64,000 nucleotides of DNA from an uncultured virus (IMG/VR IMGVR_UViG_3300044644_001243) (IMGVR_UViG_3300044644_001243:62001-126000); one strand, 5' to 3'; counted from the stretch's first letter, positions 49,850 to 59,832 are shown. Translations and numbers: made by a program. Notes: generated by a model not told the origin, from the letters alone.

Positions 49850-49906
49850 GTCGGTGGACGTGCTACAAGAGTAGAAGAGTAGACTCCGTCACGCCCATAT
49901 GCGAAC
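49850..49906 (+). ncRNA. Repeated structured element copy 8
   Basis: AATCTTTG at 49838; ctac-AAGA-gtag AAGAGTAGACTCC. Confidence 0.6.
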
Positions 49907-49989
49907 GTTATGAAATTATTTAGAATGAATATAAATAACAAAATTATTTTGTTATGTGAAAAATAATGATTACTTTTGTCCCTTGAATA

Positions 49990-50268
49990 ATTATGGGTGT
50001 GACTACTCATATGAATAGTCACGCCATAACTATAAACAACAAACAAACAAGAGAGTGTTTAAGGTACAACACACAACCGATAATACTTTATAATATAGTG
50101 GTGCTATCCCACCCAAGATAGCACACTCGCATACTCATTGGCAACCAAGGTAATTACTCCCCAATCTGCGATAAGTTAATAGTTAGACTATTCACTATAT
50201 ATATGTTTTTTTGGTTATGCTCGGAAACTTAATCCACTACACCATATACCTACCAAAAACTTTCTTTC
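49990..50268 (-). ncRNA. Candidate ~280 nt multi-stem ncRNA
   Basis: Own TTTG...TACATTTG promoter at about 50275-50306, nested stems, terminal hairpin, no credible ORF. Confidence 0.5.
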
Positions 50269-50401
50269 TTATTACAAATGTATGAATTATTTTTTAAACT
50301 TCCAAATAATTCTTAAACTTTTTTTAAACTTTTTTTTCATCACCCCAACACACACCACACACCCCCATACACCACACGAGTACAGATTTCTGTACAAGGT
50401 A

Positions 50402-50680
50402 TTACTTGATAGGTGCTAACACATCTATTTGAGTGTCATCAAACGTATCACTAGCATTTAATGATAGTTTATACACACCATTTGTTTTTGGGTGCAACCT
50501 ATGTCTAACTTCGTGGATAATTTTATCCTTATGTTTATAACTACCCATATATTGCCACTCTTCACCTCCATTCAATGCAACCATTGGTTCATCAATATTC
50601 TCATTGATTGGATGATTAGCAACAAAGTTCCATATGTAATCCCATTCAGTTGAATTGTGTTTTATGTTTAAAAATTCCAT
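50402..50680 (-). CDS. Hypothetical protein
   Basis: 92 aa; EEWQYMGS...HEVRHRLHP. Confidence 0.75.
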   Translation of the reverse strand: MEFLNIKHNSTEWDYIWNFVANHPINENIDEPMVALNGGEEWQYMGSYKHKDKIIHEVRHRLHPKTNGVYKLSLNASDTFDDTQIDVLAPIK

Positions 50681-50697
50681 ATAACAAATGTATGCAA

Positions 50698-51036
50698 TTA
50701 AAATGAGAAATGCAAATGTTTATTAATAAAACTTTCAATATTTTTTCCTTGTACTGCGTCCAAAAATTCATCATCACTAGTATCCAATGTCATAAGTATA
50801 CCATCTGCTTGTTTTGGGTAACCACTATTAAATGGTTCAATACCTTTGCTACTCACATCGTAATTAGATAAAATAGGAATTGAACTAAACCCCACATACC
50901 TTGTTTCAATTTCATCGGGCAAACATTTATATGCGTCTGCCAATAACCATTTAACTTCTTCAACTCTATCTAATTCCATATCTGCACTTTGTTGTGCTAT
51001 AACATTATCGTTATAAATAAATTGTACTAATTTCAT
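50698..51036 (-). CDS. Hypothetical protein
   Basis: 112 aa, operonic. Confidence 0.7.
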   Translation of the reverse strand: MKLVQFIYNDNVIAQQSADMELDRVEEVKWLLADAYKCLPDEIETRYVGFSSIPILSNYDVSSKGIEPFNSGYPKQADGILMTLDTSDDEFLDAVQGKNIESFINKHLHFSF

Positions 51037-51266
51037 TCCCTTGCTAATTTAACATCAATTTCTAAATCAGTTCTGCCACTTCCATAACGTGGTTCAACTT
51101 TACCATTTCTTCTCCATACAACCACAATATAACCATTGTGTAAATTTGGTTTACCACAAATAGGGTCTTGTACCAATCCAACATATAGATTATCTCTTTC
51201 TTTGTACCTTAAATCTTTTATTGGATAACCACCCAACGTTTGTGTTATTTTATCTATATTTTTCAT
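51033..51266 (-). CDS. Hypothetical protein
   Basis: 77 aa; ATGA overlap with the next gene. Confidence 0.7.
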   Translation of the reverse strand: MKNIDKITQTLGGYPIKDLRYKERDNLYVGLVQDPICGKPNLHNGYIVVVWRRNGKVEPRYGSGRTDLEIDVKLARE

Positions 51267-51267
51267 A

Positions 51268-51510
51268 TTAATAAGTTGCTATAAATAAACAAATTTCTTT
51301 TACAAATATTAAATTACATTTTAATAAATCAAAGACAATACGTTCAGCGTTTATTGCATCTATCAAATCTTTTTTATTCATTGATAAATAAAAATAACTT
51401 GCTTCTGCTTCATCTATTTTATCAACACTTTCTGCAAAAGTATCAGTTGATAAAATATTGGTATCTAACATTCTGTTAAATTCTTCAAGTGTCCATTCTT
51501 TAAATTCCAT
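51268..51510 (-). CDS. Hypothetical protein
   Basis: 80 aa with promoter. Confidence 0.7.
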   Translation of the reverse strand: MEFKEWTLEEFNRMLDTNILSTDTFAESVDKIDEAEASYFYLSMNKKDLIDAINAERIVFDLLKCNLIFVKEICLFIATY

Positions 51511-51604
51511 AATTTCTAGTGTTTATTTGTTTCTTCAAAGATAAGTAATTTATTTCAATATTCCAAACAAAAAAGGGTAAAATTAATTTTACCCTTATTT
51601 TATT

Positions 51605-52267
51605 TTATCTTTCCATTAGGTCAAATACTAATTCAGTAAAGCCTTTTGGTATTTCTGCTTTTTTTGAAACAACACTTATTTTATCTCTCGCCCAAACTCC
51701 AATTAACTCAACGTTGCCTTGTTTCTTTTCGGTGCTAACAAAAAAGTCACCACCACCTCTGCCGTTGCCCTCACAAGTCAATAATGGTAAAGGGTGTATT
51801 TTCCATCCGTCACTATCTTTTGGTGTTTTGGTTTTATTAACAAATTCTTTTTTGTCGTGGTTCACCAAATACTTTGCCGTCAAAGGTGCAACCCCTTTGT
51901 AATCGTGTTCATATTTGCTTTTAACACTTTCAGTATGTGTAATTCTACCGATAGTATCAGATAAACTATATAAGTTCACACCTTTTTCTTTCAATACTTT
52001 GCTATTCCAATACTCACTTTCTTCGTCTGCTAATAATTTTATTTCAGCATTTGAAAGTGTTGTTGGGTCTTCCTCGTCTGCATAGTCGCCAGCCCAAACA
52101 AGTTTTTGTGGTGCAACCATAAGTTGTCGTTCAACAAATCTTACCATTGGATTTTTCTCCCAAGAATGTTCCATTAATTTTGCACCACTTCCAAAGTCGT
52201 AAGATGATACACTTGCTATTGGTTTTTGGTTCTCTGCCAAAAATACTGCTTTGTAATACTGTCCCAT
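51605..52267 (-). CDS. Hypothetical protein
   Basis: 220 aa; MGQYY...KLMEHS...WAGDYAD...IHPLPLLT.EGNGRGGGD. Confidence 0.8.
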   Translation of the reverse strand: MGQYYKAVFLAENQKPIASVSSYDFGSGAKLMEHSWEKNPMVRFVERQLMVAPQKLVWAGDYADEEDPTTLSNAEIKLLADEESEYWNSKVLKEKGVNLYSLSDTIGRITHTESVKSKYEHDYKGVAPLTAKYLVNHDKKEFVNKTKTPKDSDGWKIHPLPLLTCEGNGRGGGDFFVSTEKKQGNVELIGVWARDKISVVSKKAEIPKGFTELVFDLMER

Positions 52268-52330
52268 AATATATTGTTTTTATTTGTTTATGTAAAGATA
52301 AGTAAATTATTTCAATCTACCAAATTTATT

Positions 52331-52558
52331 TTAATCTTTTTTCAAAATAATTTCGTGTAGATAAACTTGTGCCTCACTTCCAAAATCATTGTATTGAATT
52401 AGAATAGGATACATACTAAAATCGTCATTATCAAATTCTTCATCAATGTCTTCAATGAAATTGATTGTGTAATCGTTTCCTTTGATTGGGTCGGGGTCAT
52501 TCCAAACCAATTGCTTATTCTCTGACAATGCTTGTTTTAAATCTGCTAAACTTCTCAT
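52331..52558 (-). CDS. Hypothetical protein
   Basis: 75 aa with promoter. Confidence 0.7.
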   Translation of the reverse strand: MRSLADLKQALSENKQLVWNDPDPIKGNDYTINFIEDIDEEFDNDDFSMYPILIQYNDFGSEAQVYLHEIILKKD

Positions 52559-52620
52559 AATATATTGTTTTTATTTGTTTATGTAAAGATAAGTAATTTA
52601 TTTCAAACTACCAAATTTAT

Positions 52621-52896
52621 TTACAACATTTTTCTAACTTTTTCAAAATGTTTTTCTATTTGATTAACAAACTTAATAGCACTTTGCTTTGTTTTAGCAT
52701 AAGCGAAAAACTGACAAAACTCGCTATCAAATTCAATGCCTTTACAATTTATCTTTTCTTGTATAAACTCTTCAAAGTCATAAGCACTCTCAAACTCTTT
52801 TATAGTCATGCTTTTTTTAGGGTTGCCCGTAATGGTAATGTCATCACCATTATCATAAACTTTCATTCCAATTGGGGATATATAAATTGCTTCCAT
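52621..52896 (-). CDS. Hypothetical protein
   Basis: 91 aa with promoter cassette. Confidence 0.7.
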   Translation of the reverse strand: MEAIYISPIGMKVYDNGDDITITGNPKKSMTIKEFESAYDFEEFIQEKINCKGIEFDSEFCQFFAYAKTKQSAIKFVNQIEKHFEKVRKML

Positions 52897-52967
52897 TTGT
52901 TTTTGTTTTATTTGTTTCAGTAAAGATAAGGATAAGTTTTCACTTATCCAAATCTTTTTTAATTATT

Positions 52968-53267
52968 TTACCAAAATAATTGTTTATTCATATCACTTTT
53001 AGTTTCGCACCACTCCAGTATTTGCTCTGCATAATAGTGTGTAGTCAAGTCGCTTAAAAAGTTATACATATCTCTATAAGGATTGCTAAACTTTGTACTA
53101 AACTCTCTGCGTGTCCATTCTTTTGCGTTGGATTGGTCACTACCTTTGTTGCTACCTTTTGAGTAGTCCCACTCTTTACCAATAATGGTAATTTTAGTTT
53201 TTGTTGCGTTCACGGTAATTATACCCCCTTTGCAATACTCTCCAATTTTAAATGTTCTTGTTGCCAT
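52968..53267 (-). CDS. Hypothetical protein
   Basis: 99 aa; TFKIGEYCKGGII. Confidence 0.7.
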   Translation of the reverse strand: MATRTFKIGEYCKGGIITVNATKTKITIIGKEWDYSKGSNKGSDQSNAKEWTRREFSTKFSNPYRDMYNFLSDLTTHYYAEQILEWCETKSDMNKQLFW

Positions 53268-53355
53268 TGTTTTGTTGTTTTATTGATTAATAATAGTAAA
53301 GATAATATAAAAGAATAACACTACCAAATTTTGATAGTGTTATTTTTAAATTATT

Positions 53356-53688
53356 TTATTTAAATAATTGTTCCAACATTTTTTGTCCTTCAAGTTTCTT
53401 TGTTATTTCACTTGCTGTCATCAAATGTGCATAAGGGAATTCATATGCGTCATCTAATGGTATGTGGATAAGTTTCATTGGTCGCATACTTAATACCATA
53501 TACTCTGCGTATCCGTCTGCTACTGCAAATCTAACGATTTCCCCAACGTTTTTACCTTTGTACCCCATATCTTTGATATGTTGTTTTAGGTCTGCAATGT
53601 ATTGTTTGCTTTCCTCTGCATACTTCTGCATAGTACCATTAATGTTAGGTACTTTAATTTCTTTCGGTGCTGAATAAATGTCTGCCAT
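53356..53688 (-). CDS. Hypothetical protein
   Basis: GEIVRFAVADGYAEYMV; start revised to MADIY. Confidence 0.75.
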   Translation of the reverse strand: MADIYSAPKEIKVPNINGTMQKYAEESKQYIADLKQHIKDMGYKGKNVGEIVRFAVADGYAEYMVLSMRPMKLIHIPLDDAYEFPYAHLMTASEITKKLEGQKMLEQLFK

Positions 53689-53789
53689 AACTTTTAATTT
53701 AATTTGTTTCAACAAAGATAATAAATCTTTTTTAAATAAAAAAACTTTTTTTGTTAGGATATTAATTTTTTTTATCTTACATTTGTAAG

Positions 53790-53855
53790 GTCAATCAGTT
53801 AGACGTGCCGTGGGAATGGAAGACTAGACTCCAACACGTCCATACATTGGCAACC
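53790..53855 (+). ncRNA. Repeated structured element copy 9
   Basis: TACATTTG at 53778; ccgt-GGGA-atgg AAGACTAGACTCC; GGCAACC. Confidence 0.6.
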
Positions 53856-53914
53856 ATACCAAAAAAAATGAGTGGTATTGCTACCACCCATTCTCCCATC
53901 AATCAAAACAAACA

Positions 53915-54121
53915 CTACTCGCAAATAGTTTCTTTATTATTTTCGGGTGTTAACCCAACAAATAATGTAATGCTTTCTTCACCATCATCCCAAAGTTCCA
54001 AAAAGTTAAAATACATATCGGTGTCTTCGTCTTCGGGGTGTCCAATGTTGCCTAATAAATTTATTTCAGCGTCTTGGTTTTCAATTTTTTCTAATTGTTT
54101 AATTAAATCTTTTACTTTCAT
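53915..54121 (-). CDS. Hypothetical protein
   Basis: 68 aa starting MKVKDLIKQLE. Confidence 0.7.
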   Translation of the reverse strand: MKVKDLIKQLEKIENQDAEINLLGNIGHPEDEDTDMYFNFLELWDDGEESITLFVGLTPENNKETICE

Positions 54122-54170
54122 AACTTGTATTGTTTAGTTGTTTCTACAAATGTACTATTCTTTTTTTAAT

Positions 54171-54374
54171 CTACCAAACGTTTTCGAAACTTTCTTTATA
54201 AATTTTTAATGCTCCACGATACTTTTCAAATAAGTCATCGTGCATACCCTCATTTGTTTTTTTAAGTTTTTCAAAGTATTGAGAAAGATTCAACTCACTT
54301 GGTTTTTTACTTTTGAATTTTAATGCTCTAATACCACTTTCTATTTTTCGTATACATAATTCTTCGATTCCCAT
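54171..54374 (-). CDS. Hypothetical protein
   Basis: 67 aa. Confidence 0.65.
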   Translation of the reverse strand: MGIEELCIRKIESGIRALKFKSKKPSELNLSQYFEKLKKTNEGMHDDLFEKYRGALKIYKESFENVW

Positions 54375-54400
54375 TTTGATTTAGTTTTATAGTTAATATT

Positions 54401-54688
54401 TTATTGTGCACACAAACCCCATGGTTCAATACTAGTCATTGTTCGTCCGTTTACATTTAAACGCTTGCAAATGAATTCTGCTAACTTTTTATTCCCTATA
54501 GTCCCTTGGTCAATTTCACGTGTACCAATTTGCTCTATAATATAACTTGGTTCCATTCCCAACACTCTATTACAAAACTTAACATCTTGTCCTAAATAAA
54601 AACTTTTAGTCTTTTTAGGTGTTGATACTTCTAGTGTCCAATTATGGTCAAACCCATAACTGCTGCTAATTTTGATTTCTGCTTTCAT
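54401..54688 (-). CDS. Hypothetical protein
   Basis: 95 aa; FYLGQDVKFCNRVLGM. Confidence 0.7.
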   Translation of the reverse strand: MKAEIKISSSYGFDHNWTLEVSTPKKTKSFYLGQDVKFCNRVLGMEPSYIIEQIGTREIDQGTIGNKKLAEFICKRLNVNGRTMTSIEPWGLCAQ

Positions 54689-54697
54689 AACGTTTGA

Positions 54698-54961
54698 TTA
54701 GATTAGTTCAACTTCATAGTCATCAAATACTTCACCAATTTCCTCATCAGAATTTTCGTACCCTATAACAATACTCAAAGGTATAATATCTTGATTACAC
54801 TCATCTAAAATTTCTTGTGGCATAATTGTTATACCTCCGTCTAATAATCCCTCAATGATTCTATAACCTAAGTTTAACGCCATATCCTCTTGGTCTTGGT
54901 CTGCACCACTATTATACATCCAATTGATAAAATCTGCCGTTTTAATTTTTAAAGTTTTCAT
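54698..54961 (-). CDS. Acidic hypothetical protein
   Basis: Start revised to MKTLK. Confidence 0.7.
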   Translation of the reverse strand: MKTLKIKTADFINWMYNSGADQDQEDMALNLGYRIIEGLLDGGITIMPQEILDECNQDIIPLSIVIGYENSDEEIGEVFDDYEVELI

Positions 54962-55035
54962 AATGTTTGTTGTTTTATTTATAATACAAAGATAAGAATA
55001 ATATCCCATACTACCAAATAATATGGGATATATTT

Positions 55036-55329
55036 TTATTTCTTTTTTAATTGCTCTGCAATTTTTTTAAACTCTTCCAAATTTTCATCAACAAATTTTC
55101 GGTCTTCTTCATCGTCATTTACTTGTTTTAAATTTTCCATTTCTCCAAATTCATCAATACTAAACCAAATCTGCTCCATTGTTGCTTCATTGGTCAAAGA
55201 CTGCTCCAAAATGTATTGTGCTTCATCATCATCACAATTGAATTTAGACTTAACGTCTTCCACGTGCCAAAGGTTATCTACAAAGTAACCATTTGCTTTC
55301 AATACTGCTTTTGCTTCTTCTACGTTCAT
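55036..55329 (-). CDS. Hypothetical protein
   Basis: 97 aa; LWHVEDV. Confidence 0.7.
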   Translation of the reverse strand: MNVEEAKAVLKANGYFVDNLWHVEDVKSKFNCDDDEAQYILEQSLTNEATMEQIWFSIDEFGEMENLKQVNDDEEDRKFVDENLEEFKKIAEQLKKK

Positions 55330-55376
55330 AATATTTGTTTTAATTGATTTATAATATCAAAGATAATAATTAGAAA

Positions 55377-55889
55377 TTACAATTCCAAATTTTTATTGAA
55401 AATAATTTCCCCAACTTTCAATTCCCCTTTTACTCGGTCAATTAATCTTTCCAACGATTTTTGTCCCGTAATAGATTTTTTAATCTCTGCAAATTTAGGA
55501 TTGCCCTTGAATGAAATTTGTTTATAACTATATCCGTTAGGTTTACCCCAAACAATATGGTTTTCACATAATTTATCAATCTTTTTTTGCTCTTTTTCTT
55601 TTTCTTTGGCAAATACTAAATCATCAATAACGCTTTCTAATGTTTGGTCAAACTCGTGTGTTTTATCTCCAAAGGTAAATTCTCGTTTTGGTAACCCTTT
55701 GCAAAATAATTCTGCTTGTTTTAACAACTCTCTTTGCCCCTCATAAGGATAATAGTCGGTGCAACCACCACGTCCGTCATTTTTAGCGTGTGCAACTTTC
55801 TTTCCGTTTACAAATACGTCAGCAATAAAACAAGTTGTTTCTTCACTAAACGCTACATTAACTTTTAAGTTTTTCAATTCGATTTTCAT
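55377..55889 (-). CDS. Hypothetical protein
   Basis: 170 aa; SEETTCF...NDGRGG. Confidence 0.75.
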   Translation of the reverse strand: MKIELKNLKVNVAFSEETTCFIADVFVNGKKVAHAKNDGRGGCTDYYPYEGQRELLKQAELFCKGLPKREFTFGDKTHEFDQTLESVIDDLVFAKEKEKEQKKIDKLCENHIVWGKPNGYSYKQISFKGNPKFAEIKKSITGQKSLERLIDRVKGELKVGEIIFNKNLEL

Positions 55890-55969
55890 ATTGTTTTATT
55901 TTATTGTTTTAACAAAGATAAGAATAATAATCCAATCTACCAAATATAAATTGGATTATTTTAATAATT

Positions 55970-56218
55970 TTATAGGTGCGTCATTAACCCACAATTCATA
56001 CACTCACAATATGGTTTCCCACCTTGTGTAACTGCTACACTTTCTTTTGGTAATAAAATCCAACTATTACAATCACACTCTGGACAATTAGCGTTAAAAC
56101 TACCCATACGTTCTTCTAATGTTAATTGGTCTGCACCTTTCAAATAAGGGTAAACGTGGTCTAACACATTTCCTTTTACTTCTTTTAATACTGCTTGAAA
56201 AAATCTTGGCTTGCTCAT
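55970..56218 (-). CDS. Zn-ribbon hypothetical protein
   Basis: CPEC...CMNCG. Confidence 0.7.
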   Translation of the reverse strand: MSKPRFFQAVLKEVKGNVLDHVYPYLKGADQLTLEERMGSFNANCPECDCNSWILLPKESVAVTQGGKPYCECMNCGLMTHL

Positions 56219-56259
56219 AAGTTCTATTGTTTTGTTTTAACAAAGATAAGTATAATATT

Positions 56260-56499
56260 TCAATTATAAAAATATTTTTGAGTATTTTTTGTTAAAATTT
56301 TACACAATTCTTCATAGTCATTATCTCGTTCTTCTTCCGTAGCATAAGAGTAACTTGTATCTTCCACATCAATAAGATAAGGAAAATCTAAATTAAAATC
56401 CTCTTCTTTTGATATAGCCATTTTAGTTATATCATTCTCAATTGATTCTTGATTCCATTTGATTTTATCAATGTCAAAGTTTAAATCTCCGTTTGTCAT
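56260..56499 (-). CDS. Acidic hypothetical protein
   Basis: 79 aa. Confidence 0.7.
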   Translation of the reverse strand: MTNGDLNFDIDKIKWNQESIENDITKMAISKEEDFNLDFPYLIDVEDTSYSYATEEERDNDYEELCKILTKNTQKYFYN

Positions 56500-56577
56500 A
56501 AGTTCTATGTTTTATTTGTTATAACAAAGATAGTAAAAAGAAATGACACTACCAAATGATAGTGCCATTATTTTAAA

Positions 56578-57417
56578 TTATTTTTCTACTTTTTCTAATT
56601 CCTTTTGTATTGTTGCAACCAACTCAAAGTTTTCATTTGCCAACGCAATCTCTTTAAATCGTTCCAACACATTCCTTGCATAGCCACAATCCTCGGTTGG
56701 CATATAATCTCTATCGTATGCAATTTCAATCATTGAATTTGTAAACTTTGATAATTCCTCGTCTTCATCTACATCACAAAAATCATCACCTAAATAATAG
56801 TCTTCACCACCTTGAATATTAAGAGCCATTTCGTATGCTTCACGTGTGCCACCTTCGGGTACATTTTCTTCAATTTCAACTCCACCTACCAAAGTATAAG
56901 TTCCTACATTGTAACCAAAGTCTTCATCAGCATATTCAACTTCAATACGTGCTTCGGGATATTTTTCAGATAGTTTTAAAAATAAGTTGAAAGGTGTACT
57001 CCACGCAGTATTAAAACTTACACTCTCATTATCATCACTCCAATACACATCACTTGCGTTCCACTTTGTACCCCAATTACTAATTTGCCACCCATACCAA
57101 TCAGCATAACCAAATCGTTCAATAAAATCATCGTGCATTTCTTTTGTAATACCTCTCGATACTCCAAAACGTACTTCACTTTCCGTTAATTCACCTTTGG
57201 TAATACGTTCCTCTTGTATATCGTATTCCTCTTGTGTAATAATGCGACAAGGACTTGTTGTACCTACCAATTCAGTTGGTATTGGTGCAATTTGATTAAA
57301 ATCAAATTCTTTGTCTTCACCATTACTATATGGTGTTCCTTTTACTTCTTCTCTAATCTTTGCTAATAAAGTTTCATCAGCAATGATTCTTACGTTGTTT
57401 GTAATCCAGTTTGGCAT
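56578..57417 (-). CDS. DUF1281/YubB ferredoxin-like domain protein
   Basis: MPNW...DWYGWQISNWGTKWNA...FNTAWSTP. Confidence 0.8.
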   Translation of the reverse strand: MPNWITNNVRIIADETLLAKIREEVKGTPYSNGEDKEFDFNQIAPIPTELVGTTSPCRIITQEEYDIQEERITKGELTESEVRFGVSRGITKEMHDDFIERFGYADWYGWQISNWGTKWNASDVYWSDDNESVSFNTAWSTPFNLFLKLSEKYPEARIEVEYADEDFGYNVGTYTLVGGVEIEENVPEGGTREAYEMALNIQGGEDYYLGDDFCDVDEDEELSKFTNSMIEIAYDRDYMPTEDCGYARNVLERFKEIALANENFELVATIQKELEKVEK

Positions 57418-57480
57418 AACTATTTATTTTTATTGATTAATACACTACAAATATAATTACTATTTTTGTTAATTCCAAAT

Positions 57481-57693
57481 TTATAACATAGAAATTATAA
57501 CTTTTATAAAAGATTTTTTAAAACCTCTTTCTTTCAATTCTCTCCATACGTGGTCGTCATCTAATAACTCACACTCTGCTTGGATTCTACCATTAAAGTA
57601 AATGTCAATTACGTAACCATTCGGATTGTAATATACTTTTACTTTTGTTAACCCTTTTTCAATTTGTCCTAAATAAACTTTTTCTTCACTCAT
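57481..57693 (-). CDS. Hypothetical protein
   Basis: 70 aa after a promoter cassette. Confidence 0.65.
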   Translation of the reverse strand: MSEEKVYLGQIEKGLTKVKVYYNPNGYVIDIYFNGRIQAECELLDDDHVWRELKERGFKKSFIKVIISML

Positions 57694-57764
57694 AATGTTT
57701 TGTTTTAATGTTTATCAAAGATAAGCATAAGTTTTCACTTATGCAAATCTTTTTTAAAAATGTT

Positions 57765-58142
57765 TTATATTATTTTATATAAACCAAAATCAACACTACC
57801 AATTTGTTCATACTTTTGATTATCCACTACTTCACCATTTAACAACCAATTTGGTTGCACCCTTGGATTGTATTTAATTCTATGACAATAGGTATCAAGT
57901 TGTAAAAACTTATTTGTGTTAATCACAATTGATTCACACAATACCCACGCACACACAACTTTTTCACCCCCATTATAAATCTTTTCAGCGACTTTCTTAT
58001 GGTTGCCTAACTGACAATTCACCATCACCAATTGAGTGCTTGTAGGGTCATAATATTCAACTTCACCATTAGGGTATTGAACTTTCCATTTCATAAAGTT
58101 CTTACCTCTACCTAAATTGAATCTAACTTTAATTCGTTTCAT
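57765..58142 (-). CDS. Hypothetical protein
   Basis: 125 aa; VRFNLGRGKNFMKW...VCAWV...YNPR. Confidence 0.75.
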   Translation of the reverse strand: MKRIKVRFNLGRGKNFMKWKVQYPNGEVEYYDPTSTQLVMVNCQLGNHKKVAEKIYNGGEKVVCAWVLCESIVINTNKFLQLDTYCHRIKYNPRVQPNWLLNGEVVDNQKYEQIGSVDFGLYKII

Positions 58143-58276
58143 AATCGTTTGTTTAATTGTTCTCTACAAAGATAGTAATTATTTCCATTCCCACAACACT
58201 TTTATTAAAAAAAAATAAAATTATTTTTTTTGCTATTTTACTTGCATATGTCAATTATTATTGCAATCTTTGTATT

Positions 58277-58320
58277 GTCAAGTTAGACGTGCCGTGGGAA
58301 TGGAAGAGTAGACTCCAACG
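58277..58320 (+). ncRNA. Repeated structured element copy 10
   Basis: AATCTTTG at 58265; ccgt-GGGA-atgg AAGAGTAGACTCC. Confidence 0.6.
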
Positions 58321-58356
58321 TGCCTTTTATTTTTTTACACGCACAAAAAAAGTGGG

Positions 58357-58683
58357 TCACCCCACTTTGCGATAGTTTAATGGATAACCCCTATCAGTCC
58401 AACAAACGTTACCATAGGTAAATTCGTTTATATCTGCGTTCTCAACCATTGTAAGATAATATTGGTATGCTATATCCATAGACTCTTTTTTAGTCGTTTG
58501 TGGGGGATAAAACGCAAACATATTTTCTTTTGGGTGTCCATAAAATACTATGTAGATTTTATTCCCTCTGCTACCATATTGGTGTGCGTCTGCAATACTC
58601 TTAAACTTTGTAAAAGATACTGCTTTGTTATTCACTATTAACCCTAATAGTTCTAACTTGTTTCTTACTTCACTTGGTGTCAT
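58357..58683 (-). CDS. Hypothetical protein
   Basis: 108 aa. Confidence 0.7.
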   Translation of the reverse strand: MTPSEVRNKLELLGLIVNNKAVSFTKFKSIADAHQYGSRGNKIYIVFYGHPKENMFAFYPPQTTKKESMDIAYQYYLTMVENADINEFTYGNVCWTDRGYPLNYRKVG

Positions 58684-58686
58684 AAT

Positions 58687-58950
58687 CTAAATTCCTTTTT
58701 CAATTACAAAATAACCATATTTGTATGGTTGTGTACCATAGTCAATGTCGCCCATATCAACGATGTCTTCTCCGTCCTCGGTTTCGTGTACCGATACAAC
58801 TTGATACTCTTCCGTATCAAATTCTTTCACCCTATCAATTTCTTCGGGGTGTAAAAAAAGATAGTCACCATATTCTACACTATCCTCTTCTGCCACTACC
58901 AATCCACCACCATACTTTGCGAAAAATTCTGTCTTTGTCATTGTTGCCAT
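58687..58950 (-). CDS. Acidic hypothetical protein
   Basis: Start revised to MATM. Confidence 0.7.
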   Translation of the reverse strand: MATMTKTEFFAKYGGGLVVAEEDSVEYGDYLFLHPEEIDRVKEFDTEEYQVVSVHETEDGEDIVDMGDIDYGTQPYKYGYFVIEKGI

Positions 58951-59025
58951 AACTCTTATTGTTTTTGTTTGTGAAACAAAGATAAGCATAAGTTTTCACT
59001 TATGCAAATCTTTTTTTAATTTATT

Positions 59026-59334
59026 TTACCAACGAATATAAACATAATAACTCGGACTGCAAATAACAACTTTGAATCCTTTTTCTTCAAGGTAAGGTTT
59101 CATTTTGGTTTCAACCAATCTTTGTAGATTGCTATCATCAAATAATTCACCAACTACTTTGTTGTGTGTATCATCATTTTGATAACTACCAATGGACAAT
59201 TCATTTTTTTTCCATTTTTCTGCCACGTTAACCATTCTTGGAAAAAGTACTTCATTGTATACTCTGTCAAACTTTGGTCTATCAATATCTTTAACTTCAG
59301 ATATTAAACTTTTTAATTTTGCGATGTCATTCAT
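59026..59334 (-). CDS. Hypothetical protein
   Basis: Start revised to MNDIA. Confidence 0.7.
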   Translation of the reverse strand: MNDIAKLKSLISEVKDIDRPKFDRVYNEVLFPRMVNVAEKWKKNELSIGSYQNDDTHNKVVGELFDDSNLQRLVETKMKPYLEEKGFKVVICSPSYYVYIRW

Positions 59335-59415
59335 AATATTAGTTTTAATTTGTTTGTGAAACAAAGATAAGGATAATATTTCGATTATCCAAATCTTTTG
59401 TTATTTTATTTTAAA

Positions 59416-59832
59416 TTATTTTGGTGCAACACAATTATACAATAAGTTCTCCACAATCAATTCCCACGTTGCCGTTTTGTCTTCCTCTGCTTCACTATCG
59501 TAGTATTTTAATACTTCGTTAATCTCTGCAATACTCGGATTCATTTTTAAATCCATAGCAACCCTTACAACGTCTTCAACACTAATTTGTTTTGTTAAGA
59601 TTTCTTCTTCGTCAAACTCACTATTATTTTGGCAACCCTCATACCATAAATCGGGACAATCAGATAAATCCATTACTGACTTGCAACACGCACATTCAAT
59701 TTCAGAATCCATTCTATCGTGTAATAATACACTACCACAATTTCCACACGTTACAATATTAATACTTGCTACTGCATTAACTCTGTTTTGTAACTCAATT
59801 TGTTTTTCTGCTAATTCTCTTTTAGTTTTCAT
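59416..59832 (-). CDS. Zn-finger hypothetical protein
   Basis: CGNCG...CACC...CPDL. Confidence 0.75.
   Translation of the reverse strand: MKTKRELAEKQIELQNRVNAVASINIVTCGNCGSVLLHDRMDSEIECACCKSVMDLSDCPDLWYEGCQNNSEFDEEEILTKQISVEDVVRVAMDLKMNPSIAEINEVLKYYDSEAEEDKTATWELIVENLLYNCVAPK

Noticed and set aside
53805..58375. ORFs 53805-54137(+), 58157-58375(+), 45600-45788(-) and 49834-50046(-) sharing PWEWK.RLQ or GVYSSTL peptides
   Set aside because: These are incidental translations of the repeated element; no start codon or frame is conserved across the 11 copies
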